Shown here: positions 1 to 10,020 of the stretch, piece by piece
How the letters are laid out: each line of letters starts with the position of its first letter
How positions within the stretch are numbered: the first letter of the stretch is position 1
Source of the DNA: Acidimicrobiaceae bacterium
GTDB taxonomy: Bacteria; Actinomycetota; Acidimicrobiia; Actinomarinales; Actinomarinaceae
Assembly (NCBI GenBank): GCA_028344675.1
Contig: JAOMBT010000002.1
Location: forward strand, 830 to 64,829
Length of the DNA: 64,000 nucleotides
Direction: 5' to 3'
Made by a program: the position numbers and the translations under genes
The notes under the pieces: model-generated
What the model saw: only the letters and a program-made list of their open reading frames with translations
The model's database searches: none
What the model was told of the DNA's origin: nothing

Positions 1-1389
1 AATCAAATTTCTTTCCTCTTCATTTAAATCACCATTGAAATTGATATATGACACCTGAGGGACACTTTCTAATATTTTTCTTGCTCTAACTTGTGCATAC
101 TGAATATATATGCCCGTTTTACCATTAGTTTCAGTAAATTGATCAATTTCAAATTTGTAATTCTGAGTTCTATTTGGAATCAGGTCAGAGTAAGTCAGTA
201 TTGTGTTTGTAAGTATTTCTAGGCTATTTTCTTCAGAATTCTTTTTTTTCAATTCATTTTTTATGTCATCTCTTAATGTAGTTAATTTATAAACTCCTCC
301 GTCTCTAGTTTTTAAAGGTTTATTATCGACTCCATTCATAGTTCCATAAGAAATGTGTTGAAATTCTTTATCTGATAAGCCAAAGTAACTTACAGTTGAG
401 AATAGTTGCTTAAAATGATTTGATTGTCTTTGGTCTACGACATAAAGATATTTATTGAAAGCTTGTTTTTCTTCTCTAAAATATATTGTTCCTAAGTCAG
501 TAGTAAGGTAAAGAAAAGACCCATCTGATTTAATTAATATTATTGGAGGTTCATGCTTTTCTTTAGAAACTAAAGCCCCACTATCATCAACTACTTTTTT
601 TTGGATTTTAGCATTTGCGATTACTTTTTTAGTTTCCTCTACAACATCACTTTCACCGTAAAACCAGTCAAAACTGTGCCCCATCTCTTTTAATAATTTC
701 TTGATTTCTGTTACGGATGTTTTATAGATTTTTCTCCAATTGTTCAAAGTTAATTTGTCACCGTTATTTAGTTTTTTAGCAATCTTTTTAGCATTTTCAT
801 AAAAGACTTCATCAGATTTTGCTAGATTATTTGCATCTGGATAAATAGATTCTAGATCTAAATAGTTTACTGAGTTGATATCTATCTTGTTCTTTTCAAT
901 GAATGCCAATATCAGAGCAACAGGCATTCCCCAGTCTCCAAGGTGTATATCGGAGATGATCTTATTACCAGCTAGTTTGTTTGTATTGTAAATAGATCTT
1001 CCAATATTAAGAGTTCTCAAATGTCCAACGTGCAGAGCTTTGCCTATATTAGGACCACCATAGTCAATTATTATTGATTGTTTATTCTCATTTATTTGCT
1101 TGATTTCTGTATTTAAGTTTTCATTAAAGTACTTAATACTTAGTTCAATATTTATAAAATTATTTTTAGCTAATGATACTTTATGAATATATTCATTTTC
1201 GCTTAGAGTATTTTTTAATTCTCTTTTAATTTCTTCAATATTTGAATTTTTAGCATGTTTAACAAGATTATTACACTGAATGTCAACATTTTCAAATTGT
1301 GAGTAGCTTAGTTCTACTAATTCAATAATTGAATATTTTTTTAATACCACTTTAATATCACTAATGATATTTTTAGTTCCAACTATCAT
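1..1389 (-). CDS. argS: Arginyl-tRNA synthetase, N-terminal ~463 aa; the 3' end lies beyond the window start
   Basis: Hand translation of the minus strand from the ATG at 1389 gives MIVGTKNIISDIKV... and then IIDYGGPNIGKALHVGHLRTLNIGRSIYN...DIHLGDWGMPVALILAFIEKN. This aligns with E. coli ArgRS [25 protein letters not shown]...HVGDWGTQFGMLIAWLEKQ (class I HIGH motif region). The ORF is absent from the track because it has no in-window stop. Confidence 0.85.
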   Translation of the reverse strand, partial: MIVGTKNIISDIKVVLKKYSIIELVELSYSQFENVDIQCNNLVKHAKNSNIEEIKRELKNTLSENEYIHKVSLAKNNFINIELSIKYFNENLNTEIKQINENKQSIIIDYGGPNIGKALHVGHLRTLNIGRSIYNTNKLAGNKIISDIHLGDWGMPVALILAFIEKNKIDINSVNYLDLESIYPDANNLAKSDEVFYENAKKIAKKLNNGDKLTLNNWRKIYKTSVTEIKKLLKEMGHSFDWFYGESDVVEETKKVIANAKIQKKVVDDSGALVSKEKHEPPIILIKSDGSFLYLTTDLGTIYFREEKQAFNKYLYVVDQRQSNHFKQLFSTVSYFGLSDKEFQHISYGTMNGVDNKPLKTRDGGVYKLTTLRDDIKNELKKKNSEENSLEILTNTILTYSDLIPNRTQNYKFEIDQFTETNGKTGIYIQYAQVRARKILESVPQVSYINFNGDLNEEERNLI

Positions 1390-1484
1390 GAAGTAATTTT
1401 AATAACTAATAATTTGATTAAATACGATTAACAGATAATTTTAAAAAAAATATTTGTTGATATTGAGCTTAATATAATGTTTAA

Positions 1485-2948
1485 GTGAGAACTGTTAGCT
1501 TATTTTATAAAAAAGAAAATGTGACTATTCTTGGTCTATCATTAATCTTTCTCTACAATCTTAGGGATTTATTGTTTCCCCTTAACTATCAGCAAGATGA
1601 TATTACTGAACTAGAACCTACTTATCTTGAGAGTTTTATGTGTGCATTTGGTTGGGGAGACCAGCACCCTCTATTTTCAGGTATAATTTGGACTCTTTCA
1701 AGAATATTCGAAAGCCCAGAACATGCTGTGTCTATTTTAGTTCTTTTTTTTGGAATTCTAACTATTGTCATATTTTTCAACACTCTATCAAACTTATTTA
1801 ATTATTCTTATGCAGTTTTAGGAACTGTTTTTTTGATAACCTCACCCATTTTTAATACCTACTCAGTTGGACTTAAGCAGTACAATTTTGAAATACTGAC
1901 CTCAGTAATATGCCTGTATTTTTTACAGAAAAATTCAAAAGCATTATTAGTAAAAAAAGATTACATAGTACTTTCAGTATCATCCCTGTTTTTATTTCTC
2001 TTGAGTTTTGTAAATATTCTTATGCTGTTTTTATTATTGTTATTTTTAATAAATAAAATCACTTTAAAACAAACCACTTATTTTGCTACTTTTTTTGCAT
2101 CGGTAGTGATATTCCAAGGTGAACTTATTAGTAAAATTCAAAGAGTTTCTAATGGAGGTTATTGGGATAACTTTTTTATAAATACAACATCAGGTTATGA
2201 ATTTTTTGATTCTTTTTATTTTTTAAGTCAATTATTTTTTAAATCTTTATTTCCTATTGTATTGCATCCAATATCAGTATTTTTGTTATTTATTTCAATA
2301 GTATTTGTTTTTATACGAAATGATTTGATTGTTTTCTATTCACTTTGCTCGATATTCTTACTTTATGTTTTATCAGCTCTAAAGCTCTATCCCCTGGGGG
2401 GAGGAAGAACAGATCTTTTGTTTATACCATTTTTGATAATTATAATTTTAAATTTTTTCAAGTATATTTCAGAAACTATTTTGATTGTAAAAGGTAGTAA
2501 CTCTTTTTTTATTTTAGCTGTGTTGTACTTATCAATAATTTTGTTATTAACTCAGCCGTACTATAAAAATGAAACAATAAATCCTATATTAATTGAGATT
2601 GAAAATACTTATAACAGTGAAGAAGTAGCAATAGTGGTTACAGAAGAACAGAGTCATTCATTTCTTTACTATTCTAAAAAATTATACGGCTTTAGTTATA
2701 AATCTTCTCAAACCTGTTCATTTGAATCAAACATTAATAATTTGTTTATTCAGCGTAATGATGAAAAGATAGAGCCTATAAAAGAAATTCAAAATTTTCA
2801 AGAAATCATATTGGTTGGAATCGAGCTACCAAATACAAGTGGTCAACTAAGGCTTATAACAAATCAATTAATTGACGAAGGTTATCATGTAAAAGATGAA
2901 AAAACATATTCTGGATATCTTAAGCTACTATATTTTACAGAAGGTTAA
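1485..2948 (+). CDS. Polytopic membrane protein with a C-terminal soluble domain; candidate GT-C-fold (ArnT/PMT-like) glycosyltransferase
   Basis: 487 aa with at least 10 predicted hydrophobic helices. An acidic motif (QQDDITELEPTY) follows the first helix and a ~130 aa hydrophilic C-terminus follows the last. Uses a GTG start. Function is inferred from topology only. Confidence 0.35.
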   Translation: MRTVSLFYKKENVTILGLSLIFLYNLRDLLFPLNYQQDDITELEPTYLESFMCAFGWGDQHPLFSGIIWTLSRIFESPEHAVSILVLFFGILTIVIFFNTLSNLFNYSYAVLGTVFLITSPIFNTYSVGLKQYNFEILTSVICLYFLQKNSKALLVKKDYIVLSVSSLFLFLLSFVNILMLFLLLLFLINKITLKQTTYFATFFASVVIFQGELISKIQRVSNGGYWDNFFINTTSGYEFFDSFYFLSQLFFKSLFPIVLHPISVFLLFISIVFVFIRNDLIVFYSLCSIFLLYVLSALKLYPLGGGRTDLLFIPFLIIIILNFFKYISETILIVKGSNSFFILAVLYLSIILLLTQPYYKNETINPILIEIENTYNSEEVAIVVTEEQSHSFLYYSKKLYGFSYKSSQTCSFESNINNLFIQRNDEKIEPIKEIQNFQEIILVGIELPNTSGQLRLITNQLIDEGYHVKDEKTYSGYLKLLYFTEG

Positions 2949-2950
2949 TT

Positions 2951-4093
2951 ATGGAAACCGAAGTCTTTATAATTTCGACATCTTTATTTACAGGAGGTGC
3001 AGAGCGTCAAGCTATTTGGCTTTCTAATTCATTAAGTAAAACAGGTTATACAGTCAACCTCTTGGTACTAAAAAAGGGTGATGAACTTAGTCATTTAGTA
3101 AACAAAAAAGTAAACATCTCAAGATTTAAAATATATTCATCAGACTCCAAGTTAATATTCAAATATTTACGACTAGCAAGACTCGCATTTCTTACCATTC
3201 TTAAAATTAATAAGATGCTTAAAAAGAGTGATAAAAAAAATATAGTAGTAATTTCTTATATGTTTCATTCCTATGTTTTTGGGTTCATCACGAAAATTTT
3301 AAATCCTAAAATTAAACTTATTTATTCAGTAAGAAGTGATCGCTTAGGAAGAAGAACAAGTAAAAAGTCAAAAACTAGACATTTAATATTTAAATTAATA
3401 TCTAAAAACACATACGCAATCTTATTCAATTCAACTAAAGGTATGAATTCTTTTAAAAAAGAATTAAACAAAAAAAGTAATCTTCAATTTATTCCAAACG
3501 GAATAAATTCTATAGATAAATGCGATGATGATAAAACCTCGCAAATAATAAAAGAATTCCTAGGTGATAGTAGTCTGAATTATGTTGTATCAGCGAGAGT
3601 AGACCCCTTAAATAATTATTTTAATCTGATTAAAGCTTTGAGTATTCTTAATCAGAATGGGTGTGATTTTAAATGTGTAATCTTTGGAAGGGGAGTTGAA
3701 TCGGCAAAGATTCAACTACAGATTAAAGATTTAAACCTTTCTGACAAAATTTTGATGATGGGAAATGTAAAAAATGCGTCTTCATATTATCACTTTTTCA
3801 ATCTGTTAATCCATCCCGCTTTTCACGCAGGTTTCTCTAATTCAGTCACTGAAGCTATTCAGATTGGTCTAAATGTTGTTATTGGCAAAGTTGGAGATAC
3901 AACAAACATATTTAATAAAAGTAATTTAGTTTTTGAACTATTTACTGAGGATGCAATATACAAATCAATAAATAACTTTAACAATCTTGAACCACAAGAA
4001 AAAGAAATGTTAATCATAGAATCACAAAATAAACTTTATAGTCTCTTAAACAATGACAAGACTATAAAAAAGTGGGTGGATATTATTGAATAA
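2951..4093 (+). CDS. Glycosyltransferase, GT-B fold (GT4 family)
   Basis: N-terminal FIISTSLFTGGAERQAIWLSNSL is typical of a GT4 N-terminal domain. The length and C-terminal domain are consistent with retaining GT4 enzymes. Confidence 0.7.
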   Translation: METEVFIISTSLFTGGAERQAIWLSNSLSKTGYTVNLLVLKKGDELSHLVNKKVNISRFKIYSSDSKLIFKYLRLARLAFLTILKINKMLKKSDKKNIVVISYMFHSYVFGFITKILNPKIKLIYSVRSDRLGRRTSKKSKTRHLIFKLISKNTYAILFNSTKGMNSFKKELNKKSNLQFIPNGINSIDKCDDDKTSQIIKEFLGDSSLNYVVSARVDPLNNYFNLIKALSILNQNGCDFKCVIFGRGVESAKIQLQIKDLNLSDKILMMGNVKNASSYYHFFNLLIHPAFHAGFSNSVTEAIQIGLNVVIGKVGDTTNIFNKSNLVFELFTEDAIYKSINNFNNLEPQEKEMLIIESQNKLYSLLNNDKTIKKWVDIIE

Positions 4094-5159
4094 GTTGTAT
4101 ATATTTCTTCCAACTTTAGGTTACGGAGGAGCTGAAATTTCCCTCTCAAGAGTTGCAGAGTTTTTGGCAGATACTTCTGGAGTTGAAATTAAGTTGATAG
4201 TTGCAAAAAAATTAAAACACGACCCCGAACTAAAGATTACAAATTCATTAAAAGTTGAATACTTAAACTCTCAAAAAACTTTTTTTTCATTATTTAAATT
4301 ACTTTTATTAATAAATAAGGAAAAACCAGATGTAATTATTAGTACATTGCCTACACCAAATTTTATGGTTACTATTTTAAAAAAATTACGATTAATTAAT
4401 TCTAAAATTGTTCTAAGAGAGGCAAATTCCAACTATTTAAATTGGAACAATAGTTTAATTAATAAAATTAAAGGAAAAATGTCAATTTTTTCATTTAATA
4501 ATTCTGATGCCAACATTTTTATATCTAAAGAGTTAAAAGAAAATATTGAAAAGCATCTTTCAAATAAAAAAAATATTGTAATTTACAATCCAGTTTTTAC
4601 TGAAGATTTTTTTCAAAGAGCTAATGAAAAAGTTTCAGAAATTAATTTTAAAAATAAAGAAATATGGATTACTACGTCAAGGCTTGAACACCAAAAGGGT
4701 TTAGATCTTCTCTTTGATGCAGTTCATGAATTAAAAGATGTTAAAAATTTTATCCTACTAGTAATTGGTGATGGGAGTTTGGAAACTGTTTTTAAAAATA
4801 AATATTCTAAATTACCAATAAAGTTCCTAGGGAATGTTCAAAATCCCTTGAAGTATTTAAATTTAGCTGATATCTTCTTCTTTCCTTCAAGAAGAGAGGG
4901 GCTAGGAAATTCATTAATAGAAGCTCAGATACTTGGCAAAAATATAATTTCTTCTGATTGCCCTTCAGGTCCAAAAGAGATTGTTAACTTTTTCAAAAAT
5001 GGTGTATTGTTCGAATCAAATAATCTAAATGATTTAGTCAAATCGATTTTAAATATTGAATTAAAACAAGGAAACACAGTTTCTAATGATTTAATTAATG
5101 AGTTTTCCGTAGCAAGAATAAGCGAACAATATTATGACTTAATACAAGAAGTTATCTAA
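4086..5159 (+). CDS. Glycosyltransferase, GT4 family
   Basis: N-terminal LPTLGYGGAEISLSRVAEFL. C-terminal SRLEHQKGLDLLFDAV...FPSRREGLGNSLIEAQILGKNIISSDCPSGPKEIV matches the GT4 E-x7-E nucleotide-sugar binding signature. Its start overlaps the previous stop by 4 nt, suggesting an operon. Confidence 0.8.
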   Translation: MNKLYIFLPTLGYGGAEISLSRVAEFLADTSGVEIKLIVAKKLKHDPELKITNSLKVEYLNSQKTFFSLFKLLLLINKEKPDVIISTLPTPNFMVTILKKLRLINSKIVLREANSNYLNWNNSLINKIKGKMSIFSFNNSDANIFISKELKENIEKHLSNKKNIVIYNPVFTEDFFQRANEKVSEINFKNKEIWITTSRLEHQKGLDLLFDAVHELKDVKNFILLVIGDGSLETVFKNKYSKLPIKFLGNVQNPLKYLNLADIFFFPSRREGLGNSLIEAQILGKNIISSDCPSGPKEIVNFFKNGVLFESNNLNDLVKSILNIELKQGNTVSNDLINEFSVARISEQYYDLIQEVI

Positions 5160-5208
5160 TAAATAAATATGCCCAATTTGATTTATATACAATTATAATT
5201 ACAAACTA

Positions 5209-5772
5209 ATGGACCAAATTGATAAATATCTCAAAGAATCAGCTGATGTAGCTCTTGAACAAATAAAACTAAAATCAGTATTCTTTGATATTGCCGAACA
5301 AGTTCTTCATAGAGTTCAAAATGGAGGGACTGTGTTTTTTTGTGGTAATGGAGGTTCAGCAGCCGATTCTCAGCATTTGGCTGCAGAGTTAATAGGAAGA
5401 TTTAAAAAAAATAGAAAACCAATTAGCTCTATTGCTCTGACTACAGATACTAGTATTATTACATCTACAGCAAATGATTTTTCATACGAAGAAATATTCT
5501 CCAGACAACTACTAGGGCTAGCTAGTGATAAAGATGTTTTAATTGCAATTTCTACAAGCGGTGAAAGCCAGTCAGTACTGAACGCAGTGAATGTTGCAAA
5601 TGATATTGGTATGCTGACTGTTGGTTTTAGTGGAAAAAATTATAATAAGCTATGTGAAATAGTAAAGTATAAGCTTCAAATACCATCAAAGGAAACTGGC
5701 ATTATCCAACAAGGACATATTACATTTGGTCAATTACTCTGTTTGTTCTTAGAAGAAAAATTATTTAATTAA
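5209..5772 (+). CDS. gmhA: D-sedoheptulose-7-phosphate isomerase (SIS domain)
   Basis: FFCGNGGSAADSQHLAAELIGRF followed by ISTSGESQSVLNAV is the GmhA/SIS signature. The length (187 aa) fits. Confidence 0.85.
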   Translation: MDQIDKYLKESADVALEQIKLKSVFFDIAEQVLHRVQNGGTVFFCGNGGSAADSQHLAAELIGRFKKNRKPISSIALTTDTSIITSTANDFSYEEIFSRQLLGLASDKDVLIAISTSGESQSVLNAVNVANDIGMLTVGFSGKNYNKLCEIVKYKLQIPSKETGIIQQGHITFGQLLCLFLEEKLFN

Positions 5773-5791
5773 TATTTGAATTTTTAAAATC

Positions 5792-6988
5792 ATGGTATTC
5801 AAATTAAAAGAGTTTCAGAAAAACTCTCCAGGCATCATAATATTTTCTCATAAAGAATTCGTTAAATATTCACAATACAAAACATTCAACAAAGTATTAA
5901 AAAGATATAAGAATAACTATTTTTTTGCTGTTCATTGGGGAGCTTCATATGAAAATACTTCAGAATACAATTTTGAAAATATAGATATAAACTTTTGTTA
6001 TCCTGAACAACTCCCAGACTTAGAAAATCAAGAGATATTATCTTATACGACTAGGTCTTTTATACCAAGTACAATTTTTAATAATGCAACAAGCAAAGAA
6101 AAGGAAATCGATCTAATAACTGTTACAAGAAAAGTTAACGCAAAATATAATAGGGATATATTTAATATCAGCAAAGAGTTGATATTAGTCAATCCCAATA
6201 TAAAAATTACAATACTTGTTGCTAATCCTAATTATGTAAAGTCAAACTATGATCACCTATTTAATGAAAATTTCGAAGAAATTTTGGGAGCTTATAAAAA
6301 TAAAAATGTAAAGCTTATTAGGTTTGATGAAATTCCTAAACAAGAGATTGTTGCAGATTATTTAAAAAGATCTAAATTATTTTTATTCACATCTAGAAAA
6401 GAAGGTGTGGCTAAAGTAACTGCAGAAGCAGCCTTGTGTAACCTGCCAGTTTTAATAAATTCAAATTTTTTTGGGGGAGCAAGAGCAGGCATAAATACAA
6501 AGTTTTTACTTGAGTATGATTCAGTTAAAACAGCCGTAATAAAAATTAATCAAATATTGAATCTACAAAAATCTAATGCTAGAACTTCTGATATAGAAGT
6601 TGCAACTGAAAGTTTAAATGATATTAAAAACCTCAGAAATTTACATAAAGATTTACAAATCTATTTTGAACGAAAAGGTAAACCTTATTTTGGTGATCTA
6701 GATGAAAATAATCTAAAAAATAGGATGAATAGTTTTTTGAAGGAACTCCCTGATTTATACGTTGTCGAGAACAACGACCTAAAGTCAATATTTGCACTTG
6801 CAAAATATTTTCAAAATTTGTGTATTGGTGATTTTAAACAATCTAAGAGCGGACTATTATATGATAGAATTTTAAATTTTCGTTTAAATTTGAATATTAA
6901 AGATATTATTTTTAAATTAAGTCCAGTTTGGTTTATTAAGATTATCAGAAGAAGAACAGTCTTGAAAAATGAGCTTTCGTATGAATAA
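5792..6988 (+). CDS. Hypothetical protein with a GT-B-like C-terminal segment; possible divergent glycosyltransferase
   Basis: FTSRKEGVAKVTAEAALCNLPVLINSNFFGG resembles the GT4 FPSxxEGFGxxxLEAmaxGxPVI motif. The N-terminal half is unrecognised. Confidence 0.3.
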   Translation: MVFKLKEFQKNSPGIIIFSHKEFVKYSQYKTFNKVLKRYKNNYFFAVHWGASYENTSEYNFENIDINFCYPEQLPDLENQEILSYTTRSFIPSTIFNNATSKEKEIDLITVTRKVNAKYNRDIFNISKELILVNPNIKITILVANPNYVKSNYDHLFNENFEEILGAYKNKNVKLIRFDEIPKQEIVADYLKRSKLFLFTSRKEGVAKVTAEAALCNLPVLINSNFFGGARAGINTKFLLEYDSVKTAVIKINQILNLQKSNARTSDIEVATESLNDIKNLRNLHKDLQIYFERKGKPYFGDLDENNLKNRMNSFLKELPDLYVVENNDLKSIFALAKYFQNLCIGDFKQSKSGLLYDRILNFRLNLNIKDIIFKLSPVWFIKIIRRRTVLKNELSYE

Positions 6989-8432
6989 TAAAAAATTTAG
7001 CAACATAACGCTTAACTATTTAATATCTAATTTTTCACCCAGATTAGCAAGTTTAATACTTTTACCCGTTTTTTTAAGGCTTATGGAGATTAACATATGG
7101 GGAGAAATATCCTTGTTGCTAGCTTTTCAAATACTGTTTGTAAATATTTTTTCATGGGGACTTGATTCATTAGGACATAGAATATTTCAAGATCTTGATT
7201 CGAATAAAAAAAGCGAATTCATTAAAAGAACCACTAAAAAATTTTTTATATACAATTTATTTTTTTTAATAATCCTAGAATTTGTTTTAAATACTAATCT
7301 CACAAATTTTTTTAAAGTTGATTATGGTGTTCCTTTCAGGCTGGCAGTCTTTACTGGTATATTAATTTCATATACTAGATTACTAATAAATCTTTATAAA
7401 TCATTGAATGAATCTACAGTTATTAGAAATTCAATATATATTGAATCTCTTCTTATCCCAATTTTTCAGTTATTACTAGTCACATTAGTTATCTATTTTT
7501 ATGGTTTTGAAGATAGGATGATTGTGAGCTCATACTTTATAGGACAATTTTTTGGGACTTTAATTAAAACCGTGTATCTTAAACGTAAGTCGAATATTTT
7601 GTTTTCTACATTCCACGAAAAATCATTAAACATAAGTAAAAAAATGCAAGAAAATTATTCAAACTTAAGCTATATTTATGCAATATTCGCAATGTTATTA
7701 GCTTGGCAAGATAGATTTATCTTATCAAGGTTGTATACCTTGGAAGAAGTTGCTGAATATTCAACTGTCTACAGACTTGCTGATTTACACGGTGTATTTA
7801 TAGGTGCTTTTGTCTCAGCAATTGCTCCAATATTATGGTCAGTAAACAATAAAAATAAAAATAAAAGCTTAGAATTGTTTAAATCAATAATATCAATTTC
7901 AAGCCTACTTGGTTGTTTGGGAGTTTGTATCTCGGTAATAATCGGACCAATTTTACTTCCTCCAAAATATCAAAGTGCATTAGCAATTATTCCTTACCTA
8001 TCGGTAGGTTTTATTTTTTCAAGCTATGCTTCATTGTACGGACTTCTGCTTGAAAAAAAATATAAATTAAATATACGACTGGTCTCAATGATTTTTGGCG
8101 CAGTAATTAATTTTTTGTTAATTTATATAACAATTGACGAACTTGGAATACTTGGTTTAGCAGTTTCAACCATGGTGGGTTATTTCGTAGTATTTCTTAT
8201 AAATTACGCATACGCAGAAAAAGAATATAAATATTTTTTACTTAACAAAGAATTAATTTTTTCTATTGTAATTATTATTGCATTTAAAATTTTGTACAAA
8301 GATGTATGGTTTTTTAATTTATTTTTTTTAGTACTATCAGTGTTAATATTAATCTTAATGTTCAATCAATTTAAAAAATTATTACATATTCAAAATGATG
8401 ATTTTTTTAACATCGGTGAAAAAAATGATTAA
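6969..8432 (+). CDS. Wzx-like polysaccharide flippase (MOP superfamily)
   Basis: 487 aa with ~12-14 helices. The N-terminus NITLNYLISNFSPRLASLILLPVFLRLMEINIWGE is typical of O-antigen and polysaccharide biosynthesis flippases. Confidence 0.6.
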   Translation: MSFRMNNKKFSNITLNYLISNFSPRLASLILLPVFLRLMEINIWGEISLLLAFQILFVNIFSWGLDSLGHRIFQDLDSNKKSEFIKRTTKKFFIYNLFFLIILEFVLNTNLTNFFKVDYGVPFRLAVFTGILISYTRLLINLYKSLNESTVIRNSIYIESLLIPIFQLLLVTLVIYFYGFEDRMIVSSYFIGQFFGTLIKTVYLKRKSNILFSTFHEKSLNISKKMQENYSNLSYIYAIFAMLLAWQDRFILSRLYTLEEVAEYSTVYRLADLHGVFIGAFVSAIAPILWSVNNKNKNKSLELFKSIISISSLLGCLGVCISVIIGPILLPPKYQSALAIIPYLSVGFIFSSYASLYGLLLEKKYKLNIRLVSMIFGAVINFLLIYITIDELGILGLAVSTMVGYFVVFLINYAYAEKEYKYFLLNKELIFSIVIIIAFKILYKDVWFFNLFFLVLSVLILILMFNQFKKLLHIQNDDFFNIGEKND

Positions 8433-9216
8433 ATCAACTGCTTATTTTATTAATTCAATTGTTAAAGAAATTTCGGATGTATTTTATTGGTCAAAATTAC
8501 CGAATAATGAATTTACTAATAAGGGATTTGTAATTATAGAAAATTTTTTAGATAGTGATTTATGTGATGAGTTAGTTCAAGTTGGAATTCAAAATACAAA
8601 AGAAAAGTCTCAAATGATTGCTGATAATGTTTGGATAAATGTTAGAGCTGAAGCTGCAGATGGTAAAGACAGTAAGGTAAAAAATATATTTAATTTTAAT
8701 TTATTAAATAAAAAGTTAGATGATTTAATTAATTCAAATGTTTTAACAGAAAAATTAGAAGAACAACTAGGTGATAAAGTAATTCTAAAAACTTGTTCCT
8801 TACAAATTGACGAGCCAGATATTAGAACTAAGAGGAGCTGGCATGTTGATAGGAACCCCCCTCCTACTTTTAAAGCATTTATCTACTTAACCGATGTAGA
8901 TTCTGAATTAGAGGGACCATATTGTGCCATTCCAGGTTCACACAAATGGAGAATTAAAAGATTATTAAATATATTCACAAATCTAGTTACTGGAGCAAAA
9001 AGATCTGATATGCATAGATATATTGGCGAAAGGGATGATTATTTTCTTGCTAAAAAAGGTACATTAATTTTTTCAACACAGACTTTATTTCACCGTGGAA
9101 GTCCTAAGCATGAAAGTAAAACTAGATACATGTTAATAAACTATTTTAAGGCTGAAAAATTTGATGATGGTAAAGAATTCGAATTAGGAAAACCAGAAGA
9201 ATGGATGATGAACTAA
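8395..9216 (+). CDS. Phytanoyl-CoA dioxygenase (PhyH)-like Fe(II)/2-oxoglutarate oxygenase
   Basis: SWHVDRNPPPTFKAFIYLTDVDSELEGPYCAIPGSHKW and a later FHRGSP give an HxD...H facial triad in a PhyH-like arrangement. Confidence 0.5.
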   Translation: MMIFLTSVKKMIKSTAYFINSIVKEISDVFYWSKLPNNEFTNKGFVIIENFLDSDLCDELVQVGIQNTKEKSQMIADNVWINVRAEAADGKDSKVKNIFNFNLLNKKLDDLINSNVLTEKLEEQLGDKVILKTCSLQIDEPDIRTKRSWHVDRNPPPTFKAFIYLTDVDSELEGPYCAIPGSHKWRIKRLLNIFTNLVTGAKRSDMHRYIGERDDYFLAKKGTLIFSTQTLFHRGSPKHESKTRYMLINYFKAEKFDDGKEFELGKPEEWMMN

Positions 9217-9222
9217 GCTATC

Positions 9223-10020
9223 ATGTCAAAACACAAGGCGGCGATTTTAACAGGAGGAAGCGGATTTTTAGGTAAGCACTTTATAAATGGACTATCAAAA
9301 AACCACCAAACAATATATATTTTGGATACAAAAGAGCTCAATAAAGAAATTAAAAACAATTTTAGTACCATAGATATTCAATTTTTTAATGTAAATGTTT
9401 CTGAAGAAAAAGAGGTTGTAAATTTTTTCAACTCTATTGTAGAAAATGAAATTCCATTAACTACATTATTAAATGCCGCAGCAAGCAACCCCTCAATTAA
9501 TTTAGATGGCATGATGGATAGTTCAAAATTTGAAGATTTTAAGGTGTTGAATTTTAACTCTTCATTGATTAATTCACTAACAGGAAGTGCGCTAATGTGT
9601 AGAGAGTTTGTTAAACTCGCTTCAATTCAAAATAATGGTTATGAAAAGTTGATATTAAATATAGGATCAGATTTATCTGTAATTGCTCCAGATAATAGAA
9701 TTTATGAAAAAGAAGGAAGCAGCGAAGAGATGTTTAAACCAATAGAATATTCAATTTCAAAACACGGCATCTTGGGTCTTACTAAGTATCTTGCAGTTTA
9801 CCTTGCTGATAAAAATTTTAGAGTAAATACACTGTCTCCAACAGGAGTATTTAATAATCAAGACAAAGAGTTTATAAAAAATTTTTCAAACACTGTTCCA
9901 CATGGGAGAATGCTTAATCCTGAAGAGTTGGTATCACACGTATCATATCTTACAAGTGAAGATTCTAAATTTTTAACTGGTCAAAATATTTTGGTTGACG
10001 GAGGAAGGTCAATCTGGTGA
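9223..10020 (+). CDS. Short-chain dehydrogenase/reductase (SDR)
   Basis: N-terminal AAILTGGSGFLGKHF (TGxxGxxG Rossmann motif). Catalytic YSISKHG (YxxxK). Confidence 0.7.
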   Translation: MSKHKAAILTGGSGFLGKHFINGLSKNHQTIYILDTKELNKEIKNNFSTIDIQFFNVNVSEEKEVVNFFNSIVENEIPLTTLLNAAASNPSINLDGMMDSSKFEDFKVLNFNSSLINSLTGSALMCREFVKLASIQNNGYEKLILNIGSDLSVIAPDNRIYEKEGSSEEMFKPIEYSISKHGILGLTKYLAVYLADKNFRVNTLSPTGVFNNQDKEFIKNFSNTVPHGRMLNPEELVSHVSYLTSEDSKFLTGQNILVDGGRSIW

